A stretch of DNA of 64,000 nucleotides from Vulcanimicrobiota bacterium (GCA_050250895.1 JBFWNU010000001.1:3552149-3616148), one strand, 5' to 3'. Shown: positions 46,780 to 57,235, numbered from the stretch's first letter. The notes: generated by a model not told the origin, from the letters alone. Translations and numbers: made by a program.

Positions 46780-49700
46780 CAGGTCTCTTCTCCTTGCTTG
46801 GGTCCGGGAGCCACCACCTGATGACTGCCTTCGTCTCGTCCTCGGGCAACCTCAGGCAAGTCACGCTCGCCGCCCGGAGCGGGGCGAGCCAGGGGCCCGC
46901 TGGTGGTCGACCGGCGTTGGCGGCTGCGTCGCCCGGGCTGGATATCGGCCGTGAAAGCCTTGGATTCTTGGATCGAGACGTTGGGGTCAGCCACAAAGCC
47001 GATCAGCTCGTTGGCGGCGTCGCCGGTGACTTCGCCTTTAGAACCCCAATGATAGGGCAGGCCGATGACCTCGATGGAGCGGTTGCCCACCCGGCGGGGA
47101 CGCATCCGATGGGTGACCAGCACCCGGGCCTCGATCTCGCCACGGGCGGTGGTGATGGTGGCCCAGCCTCCGTTCTCCAACTGGCGCAATTCGGCCAGAC
47201 TGGGCGAGACCTCGCAGAACATCTCGGGTTGGAGTTCAGACAACCAGGGCAGCCAACGACTCATGCCGCCGGCCGTATGATGTTCGGTGAGCCGATAGGT
47301 CGTCACGGCGAACGGGAAGCGGGGGTCGGCGATGGGGCGATGATAGGGGTTGCTGCGCCGGGCCCATTCCATCCGGGCGGGATTGGTTTGCTGCTCGTAG
47401 AGCAGGTTTTTCATAGGCGATTCCTGAGGCTCGTAGTGGGTTGGCAAGGGCCCGTCCAGGAGTCCGTTGGGAGCGTAGAGCCAGCCGCGGGCATCGGCCT
47501 GCATGATGAACGGCGTGTCGCCGGCGATGGTGTCGAGCCCTTCGGCCTGCTCACCCGGGGTATACGAGGGAGGTCGATCCGGCAGAAAGTCCGGGTTGTC
47601 ATAGCCGGTCCAGCTCTGCTGCTCGGCATCCCACCAGACATATTTCTTGCGCTCTGACCACGGCTTGCCTTGTGGATCGGCCGAGGCCCGGTTATAGAGA
47701 AGCCGGCGGTTTGACGGCCAGGCCCAACCCCACTCGCTGGCCACCCACGACTGTTCTTGGCGCGGTCTGCGGTCGGCCGAGCGGTTCTTTCCGCCCGCGA
47801 AGCAACCCGAGTAGATCCAGCATCCGCAGGCGGTCGAGCCGTCGGCTTGGAGTTCGAGGAAGCCGTCAACCGGGCTGCCGTCTTCGACCCGAAAGCCGTT
47901 GATCTCGCGCAGAATCGCCTCGGCGTCGGGCTCCTGGTGGGAGCCATGGACGGGATAGTCCCAGGTCAGCTCCAAGAGGGGGCGGTCTTTGGGCTCAACA
48001 GAGCCGCTGTAGAGATGACGCAGCCGGCGTCCCAGGTGGTACACGAAGTGCAGCTCACTGCGGCAGTCGCCGGGAGGGTCGACGGCCGCATGGTGCCACT
48101 GCAGCAGGCGCTGGGTGTTGGTGAAGCTGCCGTCCTTTTCGACGTGCGAGGCGCAGGGGAAGAAGAAGACCTCGGTGGCGATCTCTTCGCTCTTGACCTC
48201 TCCTCGGTCGAACTCGCTGCCGCAGCGCCAGAATTCGGCCGTTTCAATCAGGCTAAAGTCCCGCACCACGAGCCAGTCGAGGTTGCGCAAGCCCTTACGC
48301 TGAAGAGACCCGTGCATCGAGCCGACCACCGGGTTCTCACCCATGACGAAGTAGCCTTTGACCTTGCCGTCCACCATGTCGGCGACCGTCACCATGTGCG
48401 AGTGATCACCGGTCAGATGGGGCAGGTAATCGTAGCAAAAATCGTTGTCGCTGGTGGCATGCTCGCCCCAATACGCCTTCAGCAGCGAGACCATGTATTT
48501 CGGAAACTCGGACCACCAGCCCGACCCGGATTCGTTGTACTCGATGTATTTCTCGAGACTGACATCGCGTTGGGCCTGCGGCATGGGCAGATAACCCGGC
48601 AGTAAGTTGTAGAGGGTGGGGATGTCGGTCGAGCCCTGAATCGAGGCGTGACCCCGCAGTGCCAGAATGCCGCCCCCGGGGCGCCCGATGTTGCCCAGCA
48701 AAAGTTGCACGATCGAGGCGGCCCGGATGTATTGGACCCCCACCGTGTGCTGGGTCCAACCGACCGCGTAGCAGAAGGCCGAGGTTCGCTCGGGGTTGGA
48801 ATTCTCACACAGCGTTCGCGCCACCTCGAGGAACAACTCAGCGTCGATGCCGCAGATTTCGCTGACCACTTCAGGGGTATAGCGAGAATAGTGCCGTCGC
48901 ACGATTTGAAAGACGCAGTGGGGGTCTTGCAGGGTCCAATCGAACTCTTCGGCCCCGTGCTGCACTCCCCGCTGCGAGCGGGGCTCGCCCGAGAACATTT
49001 CGCGCTGACCGGCGGCCGGGGCCACGCCCGTCCCCCGATAGCGCCAGGAGGCGATGTCATACTGGCCCTCTTCCGCATCCCAACCAGAGAAGAGCCCGTT
49101 CAGGTCTTCGGTGTCGCGAAAGTCCTCGGTCACCAGCACGGGCGCGTTGGTATAGTGGAGCACATACTCCTTGAAGTAGAGTTCGTTCTCGAGGATGTAA
49201 CGGATGAGGCCGCCCAGGAAAGCGATATCGGTTCCGGGTCGGATGGGCACGTGCAAGTCAGCCATGGCGCTGGTGCGGGTGAAGCGCGGATCGACATGGA
49301 TGAGTTTGGCTCCTTTGAGCTTGGCCTCCATGACCCACTGAAATCCCACCGGGTGGCATTCGGCCATGTTCGAGCCCTGAATGATGATGCAGTCAGAGTT
49401 CTCTAAATCTTGCTGAAAGGTGGTGGCGCCCCCGCGACCAAAGGAAGTTCCCAGACCGGGAACGGTGGAAGAATGTCATATCCGGGCCTGGTTCTCGATC
49501 TGGATCGCCCCCAGTGCGGTGAACAGTTTCTTGATGAGGTAGTTCTCTTCGTTGTCGAGGGTAGCGCCCCCCAGGTGGGCGATAGACAGGGTGCGCCGCA
49601 GAGGGTGGCCGTCTTCGTCCTCGTCTTCCCAGTGGGCGTCTCGGGTGGTCTTGACCCTCTCGGCCACCATGTCCATGGCCTTGTCCAGAGGGATGGCTTC

Positions 49701-50036
49701 CCAGTGGGTGCCGTGGGGTCGGCGATAGAGCACACTGGTTTCGCGATGCGACCCGTTGACCAGCTGATAAGTGGCTGCCCCTTTGGGGCACAGGCGACCT
49801 CGCGAAATCGGTGAGTCGGGGTCACCCTCGATGCTCGAGATTTTGCCTTTCTCGACGTGCACGAGCTGACCGCAGCCAACCGCACAATAAGGGCAAACCG
49901 AGCGGACGGCCCGGTCAGCTCGGCGGGTTCGGGCTTGAACCTTCTCGGTCTGGCGCGAGCGCGCCGTCTCGCCTCGAGCAAAGAGGTCGGCGTGCTTGAT
50001 CTGTTTGAGAAGCGGCCAGCGGTCAAAGATGCTCAT
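46779..50036 (-). CDS. Selenocysteine-containing formate dehydrogenase alpha subunit (FdnG/FdoG-like, ~1085 aa, Sec UGA at 49476-49478)
   Basis: Track ORFs 49476-50078 and 46779-49367 are in one frame: IENQARI-U-HSSTVPGLGTSFGRGGAT..GSNMAECHPVGF; CPYCAVGC cluster; ATG 50036 with GGAGA SD. Confidence 0.93.
49447..49463 (-). promoter_or_regulatory. Bacterial SECIS element
   Basis: GUUCCC-GGUCU-GGGAAC hairpin starting 12 nt after the UGA; same GGUCU apical sequence as in the E. coli fdhF SECIS. Confidence 0.85.
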
Positions 50037-50058
50037 GGTCTCTCCAGTGTGACAGCGA

Positions 50059-50096
50059 CCGGCCCGAGCCAGCCACATACGGCAGGCTCGGGCCGG
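50059..50096. other. Strong GC hairpin between GT2 stop and fdh start
   Basis: CCGGCCCGAGCC ... GGCTCGGGCCGG perfect 12-bp inverted repeat; no U tract. Confidence 0.6.
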
Positions 50097-50110
50097 CCCA
50101 TACCAGGGGA

Positions 50111-51604
50111 CTAGGCCGCTGGCGACAACTGTCGCTTAGGGGCCGGGCGCGAGGTCCGGGGGGCGCGCAGGCGGGTCAGCTCCCAATCGAGTAGGGCGCG
50201 AGAGATCGGCAGCAACGAAAGGGTCAACCAGCCGGCTCCCAGCCAGGAGTATCCGCCCGCCAGAGTCGCCAGGCCCAGTAGCCAGGTGACGGCGGTGGCC
50301 CAATAGGGCAGAGCGCTGGCCTTGACCAAGCGAGCAAACTTATCGGTTCGCTGGAAGCTCTTGTCAGACTGAACGAACAACTCGAGCCAGCTGAGGGCGC
50401 CGATCAGGCCCAGTCCCAGGTGGCTGGCCATGGCCTTGAGCCAGCAGGTCGGGCCTACTCCGGCCCTTCGGCCCGTAATCGCCATGAGGGCAAAGGTTCC
50501 CAGGACATAGATACCGATTCCCAGCACCGACAGCGCCACCAGGGGCCGCACCTGTTGCAAGTGGGCGGGCGAGGTCATCAGCCAGAGACTGGCTCCGATG
50601 GCGGTCACGATGTTCCAGAGCAGGGGGTTGGCCCAGGCCGTCAACTGGAAGGTGAGCACCAGCTTCTGCTTGAGTCCGATATTGGGTGAGGTCAACACCT
50701 CGCGCAGGCTCTGGGCGTTGCCCAGCACCCAGCGACGGCGTTGCTTGGCCAGAGCGTCACTGGTTTCGGGCATGACCCCGCGGGCCAGTCGCTCGGGCAC
50801 GTAGACGCCGTGGTATCCGGCCTGCTGCAAGCGAACTCCCAGGTCGGCATCTTCGGTCAGGCCAGCCTCGGGCCAGCCACCCACGTCCTTGAGGGCAGAC
50901 AGCGAGATGAAGGCCGCTGTCCCTGTGGCCAACACGCTATCATAACGGTTGGCCGCCTGCATGTAGAGGTCGAAGAAGTGACGGTACTCGATCGTCAAGC
51001 CGCAGTCCAATCCCCCGTTGCGATAGGCCTGGGGGTATTGCACCAGGGCTACCCCCTCACCAAAATGGGCTACTCCTTCCCTTAACATCTCCGGACGGAC
51101 TTGATAGTCGGCGTCGAGGACCAGCACGTAGCGAGCCTGCGGGTTGGTCAGCTCGAGCGCGATATTGAGGGCGCCGGCCTTGGCTCCCTCGACGTTATCA
51201 TAGTGGAAGAAACGAAATCGTTCTCCCAGCTCGTGACAGTAGCGAGCGACCGGCTCGTAAAGTTCGGCCTTTTTGGTATTGTTGTCGAGCACGATCACTT
51301 CGAAGTTGTCGTAGTCCACCGCTGCCAAACTCGAGAGCGTCTGGCAGACCAGTTCAGGGGGCTCTTCGTAGGTCGCAATCTGCACCGATACCATCGGTTG
51401 TTCTCGAGACGGCTTGACCGTGACCTCGGGTGCTGGTGCGGGGGTAGCCAACACCAGCCGGCCCACCACCAATACGGCGGTGGCAACCAGGTGAAGAACT
51501 GCCACGGCCAGCGCCGCGGACGGCGCAAAAGCGACCAAACCTAACCACAGCAATAGGGCCGACAGCCAAATCTTGGCTCCGGCAGAGAGAGAAATTCTGT
51601 TCAT
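50111..51604 (-). CDS. Processive GT2 glycosyltransferase (cellulose synthase/NdvB-like catalytic domain)
   Basis: KAGALN, VLDAD, QYPQ, TED, QRRRW motifs with flanking TMs; likely ATG 51604. Confidence 0.88.
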   Translation of the reverse strand: MNRISLSAGAKIWLSALLLWLGLVAFAPSAALAVAVLHLVATAVLVVGRLVLATPAPAPEVTVKPSREQPMVSVQIATYEEPPELVCQTLSSLAAVDYDNFEVIVLDNNTKKAELYEPVARYCHELGERFRFFHYDNVEGAKAGALNIALELTNPQARYVLVLDADYQVRPEMLREGVAHFGEGVALVQYPQAYRNGGLDCGLTIEYRHFFDLYMQAANRYDSVLATGTAAFISLSALKDVGGWPEAGLTEDADLGVRLQQAGYHGVYVPERLARGVMPETSDALAKQRRRWVLGNAQSLREVLTSPNIGLKQKLVLTFQLTAWANPLLWNIVTAIGASLWLMTSPAHLQQVRPLVALSVLGIGIYVLGTFALMAITGRRAGVGPTCWLKAMASHLGLGLIGALSWLELFVQSDKSFQRTDKFARLVKASALPYWATAVTWLLGLATLAGGYSWLGAGWLTLSLLPISRALLDWELTRLRAPRTSRPAPKRQLSPAA

Positions 51605-51860
51605 AACACGGCTATTGTTGTCCTGGGAGAAGCCGAACAACCAGGTTCTCCAGTATGAAACAGGGAGTATGCGAGGGTAGCTATACCGGGGCGGGGATCG
51701 GTGGGATGCCTGGGTTTCATCCCCCGGCGGCGCGCCGTCCGACCAGGCTTGCGTTATGGTCGAGCCGTTAGGCTGCCCCGGCTTCATCCGCTCGGACCTT
51801 CAGGTAGCGGATCCGACCACCTACACTAATTGAGAAGAATCTATTTCTCTGGAGGATACC

Positions 51861-52385
51861 ATGAGAGAACACCTACCATCCGGAAACGGAGACCATCGCT
51901 CGCGAAGCGAAATGTTGGGCGATTTAAAAGACGAGTCCATCCGCCAGGCCCGCAAGGCCGGCGAGAAACTCTCGGAAGAGGCTCGCCAGGCGGCTCGCCG
52001 CCTCAAGACTGGAGCGCGTCATCGGGCCGAGGACGGCAAGTCGGAATTAGTCGAGCAGATCCATCAGGTCGGGGGAGCCTTCAAGAAGGTGGCCCGCGAA
52101 CTGAGAACCCAGGAAAAGACCCGATTGGCGGCCTACGCTAGCGGGATGGGCGGGGTGCTCGACCGCACTGCCGATTACCTCGACGACCGCGAGTTGGAAG
52201 ACATTCTGGAGGCTGCCGAAGAGACGGTGCGAGCCCACCTGCCGGCCGTCTGCGCCGCGGCGGCCATCGGCGGTTTCGCGGCCGCCCGTTTCTTGCGCTC
52301 GACCCCGCGTCGGCGGCAATTGCCAGCCCTGCGAGACGACGGACTGATCCAGTCGCGTCTGCCCGCTGTGATCGAGGAGGTGTAA
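51861..52385 (+). CDS. Helical general-stress hypothetical protein (ElaB/DUF883-like tail)
   Basis: GGAGG SD; ADYL...EDIL..AE..VR.H......GFAAARFLRS pattern. Confidence 0.75.
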   Translation: MREHLPSGNGDHRSRSEMLGDLKDESIRQARKAGEKLSEEARQAARRLKTGARHRAEDGKSELVEQIHQVGGAFKKVARELRTQEKTRLAAYASGMGGVLDRTADYLDDRELEDILEAAEETVRAHLPAVCAAAAIGGFAAARFLRSTPRRRQLPALRDDGLIQSRLPAVIEEV

Positions 52386-52389
52386 GACG

Positions 52390-52797
52390 ATGAATGTCGT
52401 TGAGGAAAGACCGATGGTGGGCAACGGAGCCACTATCAAAAACACTGTCCATCGACTGACGCACGGCTTTTCAGAACTGGCCCGACAGGAGGTCGAGCTG
52501 GCCAAGGTCGAGCTGCGAGAAACCGCTCACGAGGTGGCTCGGGATTCGAGTCTGGCCGCCACCGGACTGGGTCTGGCCCTGGTCGGCCTGATGAGCCTGG
52601 TGGCCGCTGCCATCCTGGCTTTGAGCCTTCTGATGCCGGCCTGGGCAGCGGCCCTGATTATGGGGGTAGTGGTTCTGGCTATCGCCGGTATCGTATCGAA
52701 ACTGGGCGTCGACAAGCTAAAGAATGCCGACCTGGCGCCGCAGACCCTGCAGAGCATGCAAGAAAACAAGAGATGGTTAAAGGAGACAATTTCATGA
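52390..52797 (+). CDS. Phage-holin-superfamily (YhjD/DUF1469-like) membrane protein
   Basis: LARQEVELAKVEL, two TMs with PAWAAALI, P.TL.S..EN..W. Confidence 0.85.
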   Translation: MNVVEERPMVGNGATIKNTVHRLTHGFSELARQEVELAKVELRETAHEVARDSSLAATGLGLALVGLMSLVAAAILALSLLMPAWAAALIMGVVVLAIAGIVSKLGVDKLKNADLAPQTLQSMQENKRWLKETIS

Positions 52798-53558
52798 AGA
52801 ACATGACCGAAACCCAAAAGATCCGCAGCGAGATCGAAGAAACTCGCCGCGACATCGGCGAAGCCGTAGATGAACTGCAACATCGCTTCGAACCCGAAAA
52901 CCTCAAGGCCGAAGCCAAATTGAAGATCGCCCAGATGAGCGACACGGCGTCTACGACGGCGCGCAACTTGCTGGATTCGACTTCGGCAGCCCTCGAAACC
53001 GGAGCGTCCAAAGGTGTGCGCGCCATTCGTCGCAATCCTGGTCCGGCGGTGCTGATCGGCCTGGGACTAGCCTGGTTGGCTTCAGGCCGTGGCCGCAATC
53101 GACAGAAGGCCGCCCTCGAGCATGCCAGAAACGCCGCCGAAGACGCAGTGGATCACGCTTCGGCGCAGGTCGCCCGCGTCAATGAGAAAGCCAAGAATCG
53201 GTTGGCTGACGCCTACGCCCGCTTTGAAGAAGTCGGCAGTGAGCGCCCCATGGCGGTGTTGGCCGGCTCGTTCGCGGTGGGCATCGGTCTGGGCATGCTG
53301 GTACCCATGACTCGCTCCGAAAGGGCCTGGATGGGGGAGACCCGCGAACGGCTAGCCGAGCAAGCGGTGGAGTTCGCCCATGACATCAAGGACGTGGCCA
53401 CCAATTCACTGACCGCCGCTTTCGACAAAGCTGTCGACGAGATGCGCCACAGCGACTTGCCTTCTGAATCGGCTGCCGAGGCCGAGCGGATCGCCCAGGC
53501 AGCGGTCGAAGAGGCTCAAGTCACAGCCGAACAAGAGATGGAACAGCGCGTCTCGTGA
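52794..53558 (+). CDS. DUF3618 domain protein
   Basis: IRSEIEETRRDIGEAVDELQHRF.P; NP.PAVLIGLG; ATGA coupling. Confidence 0.85.
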   Translation: MKNMTETQKIRSEIEETRRDIGEAVDELQHRFEPENLKAEAKLKIAQMSDTASTTARNLLDSTSAALETGASKGVRAIRRNPGPAVLIGLGLAWLASGRGRNRQKAALEHARNAAEDAVDHASAQVARVNEKAKNRLADAYARFEEVGSERPMAVLAGSFAVGIGLGMLVPMTRSERAWMGETRERLAEQAVEFAHDIKDVATNSLTAAFDKAVDEMRHSDLPSESAAEAERIAQAAVEEAQVTAEQEMEQRVS

Positions 53559-54046
53559 ATTGGGAAGCCCTGCTGAGTAACATCGGGCACCCCATCTTGG
53601 CGGCACTGATCGTGCTGCCGATCGCTCTGGATAGGGAGCGCAAGACCCAGATCATGGGCTTGCGCACCTATCCATTGTTGGCCATGGGGGCTTGTTCTTA
53701 TGTATTGGTGGCCCTGACCTTCACCGGCGACTCGGTCGATGCCCGGGCTCGAATCATCCAGGGGCTACTGACCGGTATCGGCGTGTTCGGCGGAGGCGCC
53801 ATCCTCAAGGATGGCAACTCCGTCAAAGGGACAGCCTGTGCGGCCAGCGTCTGGATCACCGGAGCGGTGGGCACCGCCGTGGCCTTTCACGTCTACGAAT
53901 TGGCCGTGCTCCTGGGCATCGGTAACTTCGTCACCTTACGCCTCTTGGGCAGTGCCAAGGACTCGATCAATGGTGATGATGGAGGCGCTAACAGGACGGA
54001 TTCGGAGCCGAACGACGAGGAGGTCTCCCTGGATTTCTTACCTTGA
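53555..54046 (+). CDS. MgtC/SapB family protein
   Basis: DRE....GLRTYPL, ARIIQG..TGIG.FGGGAILK, AASVW.TGAVG. Confidence 0.92.
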   Translation: MNWEALLSNIGHPILAALIVLPIALDRERKTQIMGLRTYPLLAMGACSYVLVALTFTGDSVDARARIIQGLLTGIGVFGGGAILKDGNSVKGTACAASVWITGAVGTAVAFHVYELAVLLGIGNFVTLRLLGSAKDSINGDDGGANRTDSEPNDEEVSLDFLP

Positions 54047-54739
54047 GAGGCTAGGTATCTTCTCGGGCTCCTCATCCGGGGTTTCTAGCAGATTCAAGCG
54101 ATAGGCAGTAATCACCGCGGTGGCCCGACACGAAGCCCCTAGCTTTCCGATCACGCTATGGGCGTATTTCTTGATGGTCGATTCGGCCAAGCAGAGCTGG
54201 TCGGCCAGTTCGCGATAGGGCACACCCGTCGCCATATACTCGAGGATTTCCAGTTCTCGTCTAGTGAGGCGGGCCCGATTACGACCGGGTCCGTCGGGTG
54301 GTTGCTGCACCCAGGGCAAGGCTCTGAGGACCCGCAACAACATGTCGCGTGGCACCTGAACGGTGCGTCCCCGCGCGGCCGCCTTCACGGCGGCGGTGAT
54401 CTCCTCGCCGGTGCTCTCCTTGAGCAGATAGCCTCGGGCTCCGGCTACCAGGGCTTCGACCAGGCTAGCCTCGTTGTCGGTGATGGTGAAGACCACGGTG
54501 GCCGCTTTGGGCCGCTCTTCGCGCAAGCGCCGAATCACTGCGGGACCACGCGCTCCTAGCGGATGAAGGTCGATCAGGATGACCTGGGCCCCATGGTTGT
54601 CGATGGCAGCGTAGGCGTCCGCGATGTCGCTACCTTCAGCGATCAGCTCCAGGCCATGTTCTGGAATGAGCAAGGCCCGCAGGCCCTCGCGAACGATCGG
54701 ATGGCTATCGATCAGTGCTACTCGTACATTGTCGTTCAT
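54038..54739 (-). CDS. Orphan NarL/LuxR-family response regulator
   Basis: REC domain (DSHPIVREG, LID, GARGYLLK) and HTH LTRRELEIL..L.LAESTIK. Confidence 0.92.
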   Translation of the reverse strand: MNDNVRVALIDSHPIVREGLRALLIPEHGLELIAEGSDIADAYAAIDNHGAQVILIDLHPLGARGPAVIRRLREERPKAATVVFTITDNEASLVEALVAGARGYLLKESTGEEITAAVKAAARGRTVQVPRDMLLRVLRALPWVQQPPDGPGRNRARLTRRELEILEYMATGVPYRELADQLCLAESTIKKYAHSVIGKLGASCRATAVITAYRLNLLETPDEEPEKIPSLSR

Positions 54740-54873
54740 TGGCTTTGGCCCCCTAAAATCGAGCCGGACATTGACGGCTCGAAGCTCGATTGTAGCAGTA
54801 TCCCGGGGGATGAGTGTAATAGTCGAGAGGGTGCCAGCGGGGCATCCTCATGGGGGGCATCCCTTGCGAAGAG

Positions 54874-55767
54874 CTAGTTGCGGGCGGCGCTTGGCTCTTT
54901 TTTCCTGCGGCCGTCACTGTCAGAAACCATGTGCATGGTGAGTTGGGGAAAGGGGATGGTGATGCCGGCCCGGTCGAACGCCTTTTTTACCCGCTTACGG
55001 TACTCGCGTCCGGTCCCCCATTGCTGCAGCGGCAAAGTGCGCAACCTGACTCGGATGACCATCGACGAGTCGGCCAACTCATTGAGGCCCATCAACTCGA
55101 GTTCGTCGATGACGATCTCTTTCCAGATTTCGTCCTGGCGCATCTCGGCGCCAACCTGCTTAAGGACTTCCTCGACCTTGTCGATGTCGCTGTCATAGGC
55201 GACGCCGATGTCGAGAACGGCCGCCGACCAGCCGTGGGTCGAGTTGGATAGTGTCTTGATCTCGCCGTTAGGGAAGACGTGCACCGTGCCGTCGAGGTCG
55301 CGCAAGACGGTGGTCCTGAAGTTGATGGCTTCGACAATTCCGCCTTTGCCATTGATGGTGGCGTGGTCGCCAATCGAGATCTGGTTCTCGAGGATGATGA
55401 AGATGCCCGCCAGAAAGTCGCGCACCAGGTTTTGGGCGCCGAAACCGATGGCCAGGCCGACCACCCCGGCCCCGGCCAGAATCGGGCGGATGTCGACTCC
55501 GATTTCGTCGAGAGCGACCACGGCGGTAATGGCCCAGATGAAGAGCAGCAATGCTTGCGTCACCATGCCTACCACGGTCTCGGCGCGCTGGGCCGCCCCG
55601 GGGCTGGCCCGGCGTTTTCGTTCTACAAACTTGGTCTTGAAGTGGGCTACGCCTTTTTGCACTCCGAGGACGGCCAGGCGGGCAATCAGGATGATAAGTA
55701 AGACCCGGGCGGCGGTCGCCAGCCAGGTGGTCCAATCGATTTTCGTCGCTATGAAAAAGTTGTCCAT
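54874..55767 (-). CDS. MscS mechanosensitive channel (YbiO/YkuT-like)
   Basis: LAGAGVVGLAIGFGAQNLVRDF, G.VE.INFRTT.LRD.DG.VH.FPNG. Confidence 0.93.
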   Translation of the reverse strand: MDNFFIATKIDWTTWLATAARVLLIILIARLAVLGVQKGVAHFKTKFVERKRRASPGAAQRAETVVGMVTQALLLFIWAITAVVALDEIGVDIRPILAGAGVVGLAIGFGAQNLVRDFLAGIFIILENQISIGDHATINGKGGIVEAINFRTTVLRDLDGTVHVFPNGEIKTLSNSTHGWSAAVLDIGVAYDSDIDKVEEVLKQVGAEMRQDEIWKEIVIDELELMGLNELADSSMVIRVRLRTLPLQQWGTGREYRKRVKKAFDRAGITIPFPQLTMHMVSDSDGRRKKEPSAARN

Positions 55768-55886
55768 GCCGCCAGGCTAACCTCTCGCGCGAGACATCGC
55801 CTCGTTCAAGAGGAGATCGCGGATGCATCCGAGGGGATAGGGGTTGGTGTGTGTTTTCTCGCCGCCCCATGTGTCAAGATGACCGC

Positions 55887-56777
55887 ATGCCCGACCCGAT
55901 CGAAGGTGTCCAGCTCACCCACCCTGAGCGAGAACTCTACCCTGAAGCCGGTTTAACCAAGCTCGATGTGGCCCATTATTACCGCCAGGTCGGCGGCCGG
56001 ATCTTGCCGCACCTTCAGAGTCGGCCCCTCACTCTCTTGCGTTGCCCGGCCGGTCGAGAGCGGGACTGTTTCTACCAGAAGCACGACAGCAAAGGGATGC
56101 CTTCGGCCGTGCGAACGATCTCTATCGAGGAGAAGAGCGGGCGCGGCACTTACCTTTACATCGAAGAGGTGCAGGGCCTGATCGCCCTGGTGCAGATGGA
56201 CACGCTCGAGTTTCACCCGTGGGGAGCCCGAACCGACCGGCTGGAACGCCCTGACCGCATGGTGTTCGATCTCGATCCCGGCCCCCAGTTGGGTCTGGTC
56301 GATGTCAGTGGGGCAGCGTTGGCCGTCCGGGGCCTGCTCGAGGAACTCGAACTGCAGTCGTTTGTACGCTTATCCGGAGGGAAAGGGATTCACGTAGTGG
56401 CGCCGCTTCTGCGCAATCACGACTGGGATGAAGTGAAGACCTTCGCGCGCGGCGTGGCCGAGCGGCTGGCCCGAACCGAGCCCTCGCGCTACACCACCAA
56501 TCCTCGCAAGTCGGAACGTCAGGGACGAATCTTCGTGGACTATCTACGCAACAGCCGGGGAGCTACCTCGATCGCCAGCTATTCATGCCGGGCCCGAGCG
56601 GGGGGGCCGCTGGCCTGGCCCGTGAGTTGGAGCGAACTCGAAGACGGTACCGCCCGACCGAGAACGGTGTCCGACATCCTCGACCACGACCTACCCGAGG
56701 ATCCCTGGCAGGACTTTTTCACTCTGCGCCAGGCCCTGAAGAAGAGGGCCCGACGGCAGCTAGGGCGAGGGGCTTAG
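55887..56777 (+). CDS. LigD primase-polymerase domain, stand-alone
   Basis: LTHPER.LYP, RPLTLLRCP, FYQKH, PDRMVFDLDPG, SGGKGIHV, IFVDYLRN. Confidence 0.92.
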   Translation: MPDPIEGVQLTHPERELYPEAGLTKLDVAHYYRQVGGRILPHLQSRPLTLLRCPAGRERDCFYQKHDSKGMPSAVRTISIEEKSGRGTYLYIEEVQGLIALVQMDTLEFHPWGARTDRLERPDRMVFDLDPGPQLGLVDVSGAALAVRGLLEELELQSFVRLSGGKGIHVVAPLLRNHDWDEVKTFARGVAERLARTEPSRYTTNPRKSERQGRIFVDYLRNSRGATSIASYSCRARAGGPLAWPVSWSELEDGTARPRTVSDILDHDLPEDPWQDFFTLRQALKKRARRQLGRGA

Positions 56778-56909
56778 GGATGCCCCGAGCTACCGACCCT
56801 TTCGGAGTCTAAAGTGGAGAATCGCCGAAACGACAATCCTTCTGATAGAATAGCTGCGCGGCGCAAGTGGAACGCTAACGGAGCGTGGGCTAGGCTAAGT
56901 TCGGAGGAT

Positions 56910-57107
56910 ATGCACAATCCAATGATGATTTTTTCTAGTTTAGATACAGCCATCAAAGAGGGCTTTCACTGGCTTGAGTACCGCGCTGACCTCGGCGTGC
57001 ATCTGGTCGAGCGGGTCTTCATCAGAGTCGATGGCCAACTGACCCGGGCGCTGGCTCTGGCGAAGGCCGAGCGGATCCCCGAGCCCGCTTCATCGGCCAG
57101 CCGGTAA
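56910..57107 (+). CDS. Small hypothetical protein
   Basis: GGAGGA directly before ATG 56910; IFSSLDTAIKEGF..HLVER..RALALA; start uncertain. Confidence 0.55.
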   Translation: MHNPMMIFSSLDTAIKEGFHWLEYRADLGVHLVERVFIRVDGQLTRALALAKAERIPEPASSASR

Positions 57108-57235
57108 CCTCTGCCGGAGGAGCGCGGTCGGTGGGTCGCGCCTTCTTTCTGCGATCGGATGGGTGGCCTGGCTACCAAGGAGTCTTACCAATCAGGCTTA
57201 CCTGCGGCAGGCTAGAGAAGAACGGAGGCAAGCAC

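Noticed and set aside
49476-49478. fdh alpha as a pseudogene with premature stop
   Set aside because: The UGA is at the catalytic Sec position, the frame continues and a SECIS follows.
52390-52797. Holin-family gene as evidence of a prophage
   Set aside because: This family commonly sits with DUF3618 in stress operons; no phage genes are nearby.
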